A stretch of 64,000 nt of DNA from Tubulanus polymorphus (lineage: Eukaryota; Animalia; Nemertea), in the NCBI RefSeq assembly GCF_964204645.1, contig NC_134027.1:26870560-26934559 (forward strand). The letters are read 5' to 3'. The stretch's first letter is position 1, and each line of letters opens with the position of its first letter. A program made the position numbers and the translations under genes. Positions 25,801 to 38,794 of the stretch are shown here, piece by piece. The notes under the pieces are model-generated. The model worked only from the letters and a program-made list of their open reading frames with translations, made no database searches and was not told the DNA's origin.

Positions 25801-27611
25801 ATTACACGGGAGACGATTTAGCCCGATCTACTGGCCCTGTATCAGGCCCGAGTCGAATTTCGCCCGTGTCTGATAAGAGAGCGCGTTCATACGTAAATCA
25901 AATTTCTAAAATGTTATCAAATGCTATCTATGCTGTGGCAAGTGAGGTGAGTCATTTCCAGAAACAGTTTCACAAGGAATAATTTGACCTGCGCTAAAAT
26001 TTGGCACCGGCCAAAAGGCACACATTGATATGAACAATTGGCTTGGACCAGGCCCGAACGCGCGGTATAACAGACAATACCCGAATTTTGCTTCAAATCC
26101 TGTGTCATTATGGCTTCGGTGTAGATTTCGGGGTCACTGAATCTTAATTGCGGAACTGGATGCAGAAAATCGATATTTTGAGTCAAATATAGCCAAATTT
26201 TACTTGGATATCATTACGACAATGTTTTCGAACTTTCACAATTCAATACTACCACAACATACCACTGCAGTATATACAACTTCAAAGAATTTCTGAAGAA
26301 AAATTTATAGACCTTTAAAGTGCATCATTAAAGTGACCTTTCGTCTGTAAAAAAAGAAGATAAACCAAGACGAGAAAGAGGAAAAGAAGAGAGAGGAAGA
26401 GAGAAAGAGAGAACGATCAGATGAGACTGATCAATCAGGCTTATATCTCTCCCCTACCCCCAGTGTATACTGACAAGTGCAATGCAGATATCAGGCGATG
26501 TACAACTCTTGTGTTATATTTTCTGAACTTCTCATTGGCGAATGCAATTATCTTCTAGTTTTCAGAAGCGAACGTAAGCACATCGTCAAGTGGTTGAATC
26601 AGGAACGGGAAAATACGAGCTCTTCTCGCAAACTGCGCCTCATCCTCCGAACATTACAGATTAATCTTCATAAAAAAAACTATTGAGCAACACACGTGTA
26701 TCCGCATGGGAGCATACGAGTTAACAAATTACACCCGAAAGCCTCTTAGACAGAAAAACCATCGTCTATTTCAGTTACCGGAGCTTTATCTACGCCTCGC
26801 TTTTTTTTTCAATGGAATCGAGAATAAAAACGTAATCAATATTCAAAACATGATACTTTGATACCGGCTAAGTCTCGGCGGATAGCCCTGAATTCTAGCA
26901 GTATTAATAATGCCACCAATCTATCATCACAAAAGCACCGGGACGTTAATTATTCCGTAAAGCCCTTCTACTCAACAGCAACACTGCGCGAGCCACAAAA
27001 AATATGATTAGTAATGGCGCCAGGTCAAAGAAATATAATCATCTAGTTTTACCAGTTCCCCGAGGGCCCAGTGATTAATTCTGTTTCCAATTATTGCAAT
27101 TATGAGTTTCCTGAATATCATTTTTCCTTTGAAAGAAAAAACTTGCAAAAAACCATTTTTCTAACGAGTGTAGAATGATATAAACTTCAATAGAAGTTCT
27201 TTCTTTCTCTTTCTCTCTCTCTTCTTATTCTCTGTATTTAGTGCGTTCTCTTTTATTATGGCATTTCCAAATAATTATGCACTACAAACACAGTCACCAC
27301 CAAGCAGCAGCCACAGCTAGCGATATCAGGTATACATGTATAAACATACCCCTAAAGCGGAAATTATCCTTTTTTCTGTTCAGCCTAAAAAATGAAATAG
27401 TATTATTATGAATACGGGCCCAGTTGGAATGCAATGATACAAGACCTGTGTGTGTTCGATTCCTTGTTGTTGGATACTTAACGAAATATATTTTTCTGAG
27501 TTGAAAATCTTATTTGTTCTATATTTCCTAGTTTTGCCTAAAAGGCAATATTTGGTGGAACAACATAATGGCTTCGAAAGAAAACCTACAAAGCTATTAG
27601 GTCAACCAAAC

Positions 27612-27690
27612 TCAGTGGTGTAGTGGTAAGCACACTATTTCTATGGTTTCTATGCAAGAGGTCCTAGGTTTGAATCCTAGGAGCGTTAGA
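27612..27690 (+). repeat. tRNA-derived SINE head or tRNA pseudogene
   Basis: D-arm-like GTG-TAGTGGTAAG-CAC and T-arm-like CTAGG-TTTGAAT-CCTAG. No convincing acceptor or anticodon stem. Confidence 0.55.
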
Positions 27691-30051
27691 GGGTTGTGGT
27701 TAAAGTTAATACTTTTAACTACCGTTAAATTCTATTCTTTATATTTTGTGGTCATTGTTACCGGTATATTAATATTTCTGTTCTAATTCTGCATAAAAGA
27801 TTAAACTTTTAGCGGAAAAGTTGCTCTGATTGGAATGAATGACTATCCTTGAATATTTCTTCTCTTATTTATTAAGAGAAGAAATAAAGATTTTTAAGTT
27901 GAGTAAGCAACGTTTCCCTCGGGGCAAATCAGGAGTCAGAGTCACCACAATGAGTCGTTAACAATTACTGTCATAAAGAGACGCGTTTCTCCTGCACAGC
28001 TATCAAACATTTAAACCTAGAAATATCAAACATCAGAGAGAGACAAGGGAAAGAGTTGAGTGAACGCCTGGCGACCGGTTCAATCTCACTGGAGACACTC
28101 GTCTCATACACAACAATGCCTACCGTGGATTATCCCGACGCGAGATGAAACTTTTCTTTTTGTCGCTCCGTACGGCGGTGTCGTGTTTCATATAATTTTC
28201 GTAATGGAAGCTTAATTGGATGGATTCGGTTACGGCATCAGATCTTTAGATGTTTTTTTCAAACAGAAGAAACAGTGTTATGATTGTCAAGTGACAGGAG
28301 ACGTGTCACACCAGTAATTCAATACGCGCACTACACGCAGTCAAACTTTATATCTCAAATATATTATGATGAGATGCTCCCTCCTAACAGCGCACACCGT
28401 AAAAAACCCCTAGTTGTGACACCGGTGTTTTGACATTTCATACAGAAGAGCAAAAACTTGACAGAAAAATGCAGGTGCAGAACCCCGACATAACATTTGG
28501 CTGTGATATTTCTCCTAATGATTAAACAGATTTACTGAGTAAACCGAACATCTGTGTACAAATATAAACGGGATACAACAACAGTAACAGCAGCAGCAGC
28601 AGCAGCAACACAGTTTACTGGAGTAGGATAAAAAATATGAACTCATTAGTGCTGAAGTATATTGAAAATAGACAAATTGTTACCTGATTCCTAATATCAA
28701 TCCACATACAACAAGACATCCGTGGTAAATATACACGACTGGATTCATAAAAGTTTAAAGTCCATCAGATAATGAATGATAAGAACTAACCAATCATTGA
28801 TAGGTTCGGTTTATGATGCTCAAACATCGAGATATTTCACAAATAGAAATTATTTACATATCAATTTACTTCATTAGGTGCCTTCAATAGGTACCTACTG
28901 ATCAAAACCTTACATTTACCGACCATCAACTTGTTACATTGAACAACCTCTCCTACAGTGAACCTCGCCTAACTCGTACACGCTGTGACTGGCAAAATTG
29001 GTCCGAGGAATGCTAAGTTTGGGTTTAGGACAATGCGTCAGAAAGTCAGAAAATGATATTGTCAAAAGTCCGATTTGGCCAGGTTTACTGTAACTTTTTT
29101 ACGGCTGTTATACTTTCGTTGTAAATGATAAAGATATTTGATTACCTGAGCTAAGAGACTGTGTATCCGTGCCACTATAACGCGTCTACGCATATAACGA
29201 GCCCACATACAATCAGAGAGAGAGAGATAGAGAGAGGGAGAGAGAGAGGGAGACACATAATTTCATATAAAAAGTTTACTAAGTAAATATTTACAAAGCC
29301 AGTCATAACCAAAACAAACTAAGCTGTCCCACAAATCCGGTGAAGCTATGATTATATTCATAATAGAAGTAAGATGTTATCAGCATTGACAAGTCAATTC
29401 TTTACTGACATCCGAGTCGATCTAGTTACTATGTACAATACATAGAAAACCCCATCAAATGAATAAATATAGCACCACAGATAACTGTGTGCACTCAATC
29501 AAAGAATCAAGTATCCTCGACTTCACTGGAGATGACCATTCCTTGCTCTTCCACACCACTGACACATCACACACATATTCACGGTCACATTTATTAGAAG
29601 AAAAAAGATGTACACTGTGTAAACATAATCTGTTGGGAATAATGAATACCCCTCGGCGATGAAACCCCCATCAACCGTGCTTCAATTATATAGTTGCACT
29701 AATATGTTACTTGTCAGCTATATTTCATTATTGTTGCTTACATTGTGGGGTAAAATTACATCATTTGAAAGCTACTCAACATGCTGGTCTCTCAACAAGT
29801 GTCACGTGTCTTATTACAGACACGAACGATAATTTGGGCTAAATCTAATCAGTTGATTGCTGCTTGCTGATGTTAATAACATTTTATTCACCAGTCGTTC
29901 GTATAATTTTACAGATTCCCCTCGACATTTACCGCTCCCCGCAGTCGAGCAATCATTACCCAATCTGTCAACTCTTTAAAATCAAGAGTCCATTCCCAAA
30001 CTTACAGGCATATCCCTTGTTGTAAGAATATTCTACAGTAAACTCCCCCTA

Positions 30052-30301
30052 CAGGGCGGCCACTTTCCCACTCATCTACAGATTCCCAGAGCTTTCCAAA
30101 TGCACTCAGTAAATAAGAGAAATTTCTTTGTTTAAAATGTAACAATCTATTCATTTCTTCACGGATTATTGACATAAAACGTTTGGTCAATAGTATATCC
30201 GAATTCCCTGAGTTTTCCAGGTTTTTTTGTAAAAGATTTGTCAAGAGTTTTCCCTGGTCTTTCCCAGTTTTTCCAGGTTTTCCAGGTCAATGGCCACCCT
30301 G
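30052..30301. mobile_element. hAT-like MITE with a 5-bp TSD (CCCTA)
   Basis: TIRs CAGGGCGGCCA / TGGCCACCCTG, with CCCTA on both flanks and subterminal TTTTCCAGG repeats. Confidence 0.7.
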
Positions 30302-33300
30302 CCCTAGTGTTGGGACTGTTGAGAATATTTCACCGAGTTGAGAATCAGGGAACTCACCAGATTGGGACTGTAGTTTGCGAGTTGGATCAGGGAATTGGAA
30401 AGTTTCGTGAATGAATGTCTATCAGCAGAGAGTTAGGTGGGAGATTTCTGTATGTTGTGTGGAGACGACTGCGGAATAAAATGTGCAGGTCACAGATGAA
30501 ATGTCACGGAGAGTCATCAATCAGATTAATTACAGTGAACCACGCAATGAGAAACAACGACAGAATATTAACACATTCAGCGAATGAAACAGAACAACAG
30601 AAACAGAATCAACACCACGAGTAAACGGGTTTTTCTAGATCTCAATAGCTGTTCTTTAATAGTATTTCAAAATATCTAAAGTTTATCAATGAAATTACAA
30701 TATCTGAATAGTTCAGTAATGTGCAACTGACTGAACTATACTAAAGGCGGGTGTAGGTCGACTTGCGACCGATTGTGATGCGATTGTTTGCAACTGGTCG
30801 CAAACTGGCACTTTACATCGCGTGTGACATAGCTTTGCAACTAGCGTGGCTGGCGGTCGCAAAGGTGCGAAGGTTGACTGGTGATTGTCAGTAACAGTGA
30901 ATTGCGTCACATTGAGTCGCTGGCTGTCCTGATCTACGCCTCCTGGCTTTACATAGCTTTCAATGCTGCACATTTTGAACGCATTCAGATAAGGATTTAT
31001 TCATGACAAACTGTGATATAACAATCTAGAACTTACCAACAGTACATTAACGTCACTAGGACGTAATCATAATCCAACAAGATGAAATTATCATCGGCAA
31101 GTGAGAGATTAGAGTAATCCATCTGAGATACAGAAAACTGAAAACGGTTCGACACTCAAGAGTTCAACATGATTAAAGCAAAAACAACATCAAAAGCATC
31201 AAACAGATTCTTAAACTTGATGCAACATTTTTAAATCCTTCGATACTTTTTTACTGATTTTTTTTAATCAAACTACAACTTTATACGATACATTCATTTC
31301 TACTTAGAATCCAGTTGGAACAGATGCAAACAATACGATATCGTCAAGTGCCATTATTTCAAAAACGGAACTCGTTGCCTGCTATTTACTGATAGTACCG
31401 GATGTATGACACATTGACTTGAGCCTTCCACCCGAAGAGCGAGATTAAAGATGACCAACTCGAGACAGTAGATCAAGAAGTCAATGATAATAGACGGTAC
31501 TTAGCAATCCATATTGTAACATAAGTGCCCAGACATAAGAACTTGGATTTATTATTACGCACAGAATACTAGGGGTCCTCCTCGGTGCTAAATGTAATTA
31601 CTTTTTTAACATACGCAGGTTAAATTCGACCACCCTGGAATACAGGTCGATAAGAAATTAGTCAAATATGACTCATAATATCATTAGAAATGTTAGCATT
31701 AGAATATAACATCTTGAAATGAGATCCAGCGATCGTGTTGATCAAAAGATATAATGTTTTATCCGTACAATCATCAATCCTAACGGATTGCTTTCTTCGT
31801 GTTAGTGCTACTGTTGAAAATAATACTATTACAGCAGTTACAATAAAGATAGAATTCCAGATTCCGCGATACGCGAAGAATGAAGAAGAAAATTGTCTCC
31901 ATGCCAATAGGTATAGTATTGATTGGGACAGGGATCTATTGTGTGTGTATCGGGGTTTATAAAATACAGAGATCAATAAACGTTCGTCCGTCGTAGGATC
32001 GCAGTTAAAGACAACTCGACTCGGAGCTAGGCGGTGGGTGAAGGGAAGGATTAGTCAATTCTATGTGAGATACAGTGAAATCTATCCTGACAACGCGATG
32101 ACAATGATGACTCATACCACAAATTAATCACACAAAAATATGATAAGCTAAAGATGAGAGAAAAACTATCGGTTTGACAACAAGTAGAGCTTCACTATCA
32201 GTGCTTACTCCTGTCCATAACGCTGAAACCTTATTTATACTTGCCGCAAGATTGTATACCCGAACTGAAACCAAAATCTCCAATTATGTAATGAAAAAAC
32301 GTATATAAGATCTTGTTGGTTTCTTGTTGGTTTCTCGTGGTTGGGTCAAAATGTCAACTGCTCGTTTAGTTTTTTGATGTATTTCTATAATAGTGATGTG
32401 TCACGGTAAGGGGTTGTGTGTGAGTCGATGTGCACTATCAATACCGGCGTTTCAAAATAAAGATTGACACATCAAATATCTTTCATAAGTCTTATATCTA
32501 TATTTGATAAATTTTGATAATCATTTTTGAGAGGATTTTCAACTATCAATTATTGAGTGATACATTTTGTACTTCTGATATCCAGATTCCGCACACCGTA
32601 TTTCATTGCGGCTAAACTATGTGGTGAGGGATCGAGAATGAGAGAATATGAATTAGTAACAGAAACAGCTACAACGTCTCTCTCCCTCTTTCTCTCTCTC
32701 TCTCTGATTCTTTCTAACAAAAGTTATTAGAAAACGGAAATAAAATGACGAGCAAAATCAACAGATATTCCCGCAACAATTTCCCTCGGTAACTACTGCA
32801 TGTCACACAGTAACGAGTACGTCCTACGTGATGTGAGTGAGTACCCTCTATCAGAATTCTAGCAGTGTACGAATATCTAGTATTCTTATCTTATGACTAA
32901 TTTGTAAAGCAGGAGCTGAATTAGTGAAAGTATCGATGACACTGTGCATGATTTATCAGGATCTCTGCTGTGACAAAGACATCGCAGCGCGGCTGTAGGC
33001 TATTCAGTCAGCATTACAACAACGAAAAATACCGTCCACTCAACTGATACCCGAGCCGCGGTCCTTTAGACCCATGAATATTTCATGCCTCGTGAGATTG
33101 TCAAACTTCTGCCGATAGGGAACTTAAATAAACCGGCGCGCCGCAGACGCTGCGGTCCTCTAGAGCAGACGGACTATATTCATCAATACACGGTGTCCCG
33201 TTGTGTCGACGATAATTAGCGCAACAGTTTCACTTCTATAAACTGTAATTAACGTGCATCTGTTGGCGACTGAGATCGGTAGAATACCGGTGATTACAGA

Positions 33301-36300
33301 CAAACACTGGCGTCAAACCTTCACCGAACCGAGCGCACGCTCTATTAGAGGTGTAAAGAGAAGAGTGGTTTAACAATGACTGGTCATCCGGTCAATTCAG
33401 ACGCCAGTTCATTATCCGCAATCAGAGTCATTTACATGTTGTTAATCGACTTTGAAATCAGACTCCAAAATGAACTTTGATTTTATGAGCCGTCGTCGGC
33501 CGAGAGCAGAGTCGTGACTGGGCCCCAGAGAAGAGAGAGATAAACACCAGTCAGATCACTAACCTCACGACTAGTCTAAAGATTTAAGAGCACCTTTGAA
33601 GTCACAACTATGCAACTTGACCCAGCATCACATCTCTGGGTCATTCCATACATATGTATGGAGATCATTGTCATAATCTAAATGAATTCTAAATATTTCA
33701 ATAGTTATATGTATACGACTGTAATGAGAATATGAATTATTTATAATGTATCACTTTGTATCTTAACACCTCATCCCTTAATTACTCTCTCTGTTCTGGA
33801 TTGTATATGTGTAACCATGAACTCTATTAGAGTCTATGGTACAACTCACCATTTTGTGACAACATCGCTATTCAGCTGAACATGACTATTGGGATATAGT
33901 CAACCGACTGTATTAGCTGCTATCAGCTCGAGGAAACATTTCGGACTCTATTTTATTCTCAGCGTGGGATTTTTCATATTATTATGAATCAGTTCAAACT
34001 GGTTTCATTTCATTTTGTTGGACACCTTTTGTTAAAATATCATACGTAGTAAACCGGGCCTCGCGTATTACTCATATCAAACCTAATCATGTCAATGTGG
34101 AACAAGAAACTTGACTGTGATTTTGAGGAAAACACGATTGGATTGGAATAATTCAAGCATCCTCCACATATTGTGTATATGAGGGGTGAAAAATGTCTCG
34201 TACATGATCTTGAACTATTTATGCTATTGTTAGTTTCGATTGTGTGAGCATTGCCCCCCGGAAGAGCGACGCAGCCCTTGAGAATACGACTCGATCTCTC
34301 ATCTCTACCTGAACGAGTCGTAAATTCATTATAGAATTCGATCAATTTCTACAACGTTTTCATCAGCAAAATTCACGGCGAATAATTGAAACAAAGGAAT
34401 CCATCGCGAAGCAAGGATTTCATTAGTTTAAATCAATAAACAGCCAGTAGTTTATCAATAAACCATTGACCGATCTAATCATTATACTGATTGTAGCAAA
34501 TTTAAATTTCTGGTCGAATGATTTCTGTAAATACGGCTGCAGGCTTTAATTCCCTTCAGGCTTTATACAACGTCTGCTTATTAATAAATTGCATGTTATT
34601 TTGCTGTCCAGAAACCATATACAACAACTAATGTATCTATTTAATGAAAGCATTTAATCTGATATATTCTATATAAAAGCTATTTGACACAGCTGATTAA
34701 GGTTCCTGGTATTCAATGAATTCCTGGTGCCATTAATGTGTGTTTTATGCGTTTTTAGGTTGGCGTGTCATCATTTTCTTTATCTAGTACAATCTCTACC
34801 ACTGAGTAAACTCCGCCGCCGCACTATCAGTCAAACAGCGATGGTTTTTTCACACAGCTATTTGATGTAACACTTGATGGCGCCATTCGTACATACGTCG
34901 CTGGTTTTAATACGGCTGATCACACGAGACCGAGGGGGGGGGTATTATCACCTTCACTTACACATTCAGTTGTTTCAACAACCATTGATAAGATTCCCAC
35001 TCAGTCTGACAAGTTACAGTGTTTAGAAAAGTAGAAACTTCTAGACACATTCAAGTTTTAGGTTATTCACTACAAGTTTGATCAGTCAAATAATCAGATA
35101 TCACAATGGGGGTTACGTTAATGAGATGGTTTAGAACTTCTGAATTTGACTCTAGAGAAAAAAAGATGTCACTGCAGCTCCCAATTTCACTCACCCGTTT
35201 CTCGACAAATTCATGTCAAAAAAATGAAAAATCATCGACATCATTTAGTAGAACGACAAATTATAGCGAAATTTAGGAAAATCTTTTTTTACCTGTTCTG
35301 TATTTCGATGAAATATTCCGGAGTATTCTACTAGATATTTCCGATCATAAACGTGAGCGTGTGTGTATTGGGAAGAGTAGAGAGAACTCTGAAGGGAGAA
35401 TCATTGATCATAAAGATTACCTTACATCTGCCCAAACAACTGAGATACAGGCGACATAATGTCGGCAATGGGTGGGTCTTACATTGTACGACATATTCAA
35501 TGACAAAACACAATTTAGAAGATAATTACAAGATAATTATAGACTAAAATTTATCAACCAAACGTTCTAAACAATAGATTAATTTCCATAAAAATTCGTA
35601 CAATGCAAACAAAGAATTTGAATTGAGTTTTTTTTTTTTTCTAGAAAAAAAGCGACAAAAAAGGTTCTCTCTCGATAGAATAGCGTTTGGTTTATTGGAC
35701 AAAAAATATGCGATGTCTATGACCAGAATCGATTCAACAACTTAATCAACATTTATTCAGCATTTTGTGATATACGATCAAAATTATCACCGAATTGAGA
35801 AATATTTTTGTATTTTTCTCTATTTTTCTTTGTATTTGAAATAAAGACTTATCATTATTGATAACAATTTCTAATTTGGTTCCAATAAACTGGAAGCATA
35901 GTGATATCAATAGTAGTAATATCGATTTTAGTAAATATCGATATGAGATGAAATCATACTGGTTTAGAACTTCTGAAAACTTCTGGCTGCTCATTGGAGT
36001 ATAGAATGTAGTGGAATGCATGACGCACAATAAATCATCAACACGAATATAACCAAATTAACTGCACTAACACAACGACTGCGTTTGATAAAATGGTTGA
36101 AATAACAAATCTAATCTAATTTCTTACCCATTAACTGCTGATTTTCAGCGAATATTGATTTCGTTTATAGATAGCTGCGGTAAAGTAGACTGGCTGTCTC
36201 TGTCAAACCCTAAATGTGGAGACAGGCTGCTTTCAATAACATAGAAAAAATATTGATTCATGCCAGGGAACCGTGTTGCCCAGAACACTGCGAGCAGAGG

Positions 36301-37136
36301 AAATAAAAAAGAGTTGTGTTAGAGACTACGTCAGGTTAATTCCGCGTTTAATCATCAGACTCTGTCCTCGGCGGCTCAGCGCAAAAAAAATACATCAATC
36401 AGGATTTCCTTAAATTGCCTTGAAAAACAGCGTATTGCGACGCGTGAAAGGATTTACACTAATCCATGAAATAAATCATTACTAAGCGTCGAGCTGTCGA
36501 CAACAAAAATAACGAATTTGTCATCTATGACACAAATATTTTTGAAGATACCATTCATTTCAATTTAGCTCAATGTACCACTAATAAATTGACCTTACTT
36601 GATATCAATTTTTGTACGAAAACATCGCTTTATATTTAACAATGAAAATCAATTGTAGAAATAGCTGGATGGAATTTTTTTAATCAGTTGTGAAGCCCCA
36701 AGTGACATAGTGTTTACACAGTCTCATAATACCACATTATAATATTTACCTTAATTAAACAATGCAAATATAAGTGTCCGCAATCTGTTTGCTTTGTGTC
36801 ACCATTATTCCAAAATATCAAATTCATGAGAATGATTTTAATTATAACACAAAAAAAAAATTTCGTCGATGTTGACATTTCTCCTAACCCTCGTTAAGTG
36901 GTGGAAATTGGATGTCATCGACTTCATACAACCAAGTGTAAAGTGGAGAGGGCTTGTCTTATCGGTACAAAAATCAATATACCTTGTCCTTGTCGATTCA
37001 GTGTAGTATTCAAAATTCCCCATTTTTTGCGTCTATTCAGTCCGATACTTATGCTTACCCATACAGTAAGGCGCGAATAAATTAATTAGAATTTTAGAAA
37101 ATTTACTTACCGGGGGTTAGTCAGTAATCTGTCTGT

Positions 37137-37215
37137 TTAGTTTCACGATCGGATATTTTCACAAACCACAATGTTGGTATAAGCCCATCTGATTAGGTAC
37201 CGTAACTAACTAACC
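37137..37215 (+). repeat. Dispersed repeat shared with ~38947-39090 (POP4 intron 1)
   Basis: TTTAGTTTCACGATCGGATATTTTCACAAACCACA..ATAAGCCCATCTGATTA occurs at both sites. Confidence 0.75.
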
Positions 37216-38794
37216 AGGGTTAGGCCTTACTACCAAGCTGTAAAACAATCACACACCCTCGACAAGCGTCCTGCGAATGCCATGCATTTTTTAGAACGCC
37301 AAGGCTTCATCAAGAACCTTAGCACATTGTCTGATGTACCACCTGGGTGGGTGGGTTCACTAGGATCGTAGATCACTGTGGAGACAGCCACACTACAGGA
37401 CTGGGTGGTGAAGCCCAGGCCTAACCAGTATCATTTACTGACAATGATATCGCAACATGAGACTCAAAACTGAAGCTAATTCTGTCATATTCTTTTTTAT
37501 AAAGGGTGCTATAGGAAGGGAGTGACTTTGCTTTGATAGCCCCAGTTATAACGATGGCACTTATCCTGGGCCGATGGCTACATTCTTCGCATGCCGCTGC
37601 CGGCGCGAGCCAATTAACTACATTCGTAGACAACAGGACGTATATTTAGGGTGATCAATCTTTAATTGATTTATTGAATATTTTCAGCATCCTGGATGAG
37701 TCAGAGCGGCGGCGGCGGCATCAGTGTCGTCGGAATGAGTTATATCACCTGTCGTCACTGAACCGTTATACCCACAATTGACTGAGTCTATTGTCCATCA
37801 ATGTCACGCGTGTTCAAACAAGGATACAACATACATAGAGTCATCGTCGCCCCGGGCTACATTGTTGTATCTGTCATAATTACCCACAGCAGTTTCTAAT
37901 TAATCAATTCTAAACAAAAGAACCAGATCAATACGGTCACCTTCCGTATAACCGATATTGCCCGGGCGGCTAGGCGGATGTTAAGATTTCTCATCACGCA
38001 GTAGCGCGCGCGATGCGGTCTAATTTCCTTCACTGTTTCCACGAAGTATCGGTCATTGAGAGTAAAAAGGGTTTATAATTCATTTTCAAAAGAAAACATC
38101 GCGCAAACGCGATTCAAACGTCAAACATCATCCTCGAGAGTCGAGATTCTTATTCAAGAAATCTCACAATTCACGTATTTCCAAAAAGACTCTGGGATTT
38201 ATTTCCAAAAGGACAGAAAAACTTCCTCTCATCTCGCATTACAAAATAGATTGTCAATGAATAAATACATTATATTGTATATCAGTTACATTGCGGTATT
38301 GTGTACAATTCTGAATTGCAGAATTCTATCAGTGGAGTCCGGCCCGCTGCCAGTATAGTAAAATTTCAACCGTTAAGTGCTGCCTCTATATATATGATTA
38401 GCGGTGAACCTATGAACTAACTAGACTGCTGAATGTTCCTACTGTGGCATGCGAATATAGTGGCTAGCGCAGGGTTCGAACCTAAACGAACTGTCAACCG
38501 CTGTAAGTTGTAAACAACTGCACGTGGCGTCCACAGGGAGTTTTCAATATGGCTACCTATTGATAGCGTTGGAAAAAGATTTTCGTTAGTAAAAAAAGGT
38601 CAAAGATTAAAGGTTTGTCCCTTTTTGTTAGTAGATAAATGAATATTTACTGTTAGGGTACATTGTGACTGTTGATTTAAGCTCTTTACGAGGATGATTT
38701 ATTATCATATCGTCCATAAAAGTTGTAGTATATGCTAACATTCTAAATCAATCAAAATTTATTGCTATCAGTACTATATCATTTAGATTTGAAA

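Noticed and set aside
27612-27690. Functional tRNA gene
   Set aside because: D- and T-arm-like elements are present, but there is no acceptor-stem pairing or proper anticodon arm. I kept it only as a tRNA-derived repeat.
36838-37023. MG-starting mini-ORF (MGNFEYYTESTRTR) as a myristoylated DOK first exon
   Set aside because: Its donor is phase 2, and I found no downstream exon that keeps the frame open into the DOK coding sequence.
19285-38358. Numerous 60-104 aa ORFs in the ORF track
   Set aside because: They show no recognisable domains or phase-consistent exon chains, and their lengths are compatible with chance given the alternative start codons used by the track.
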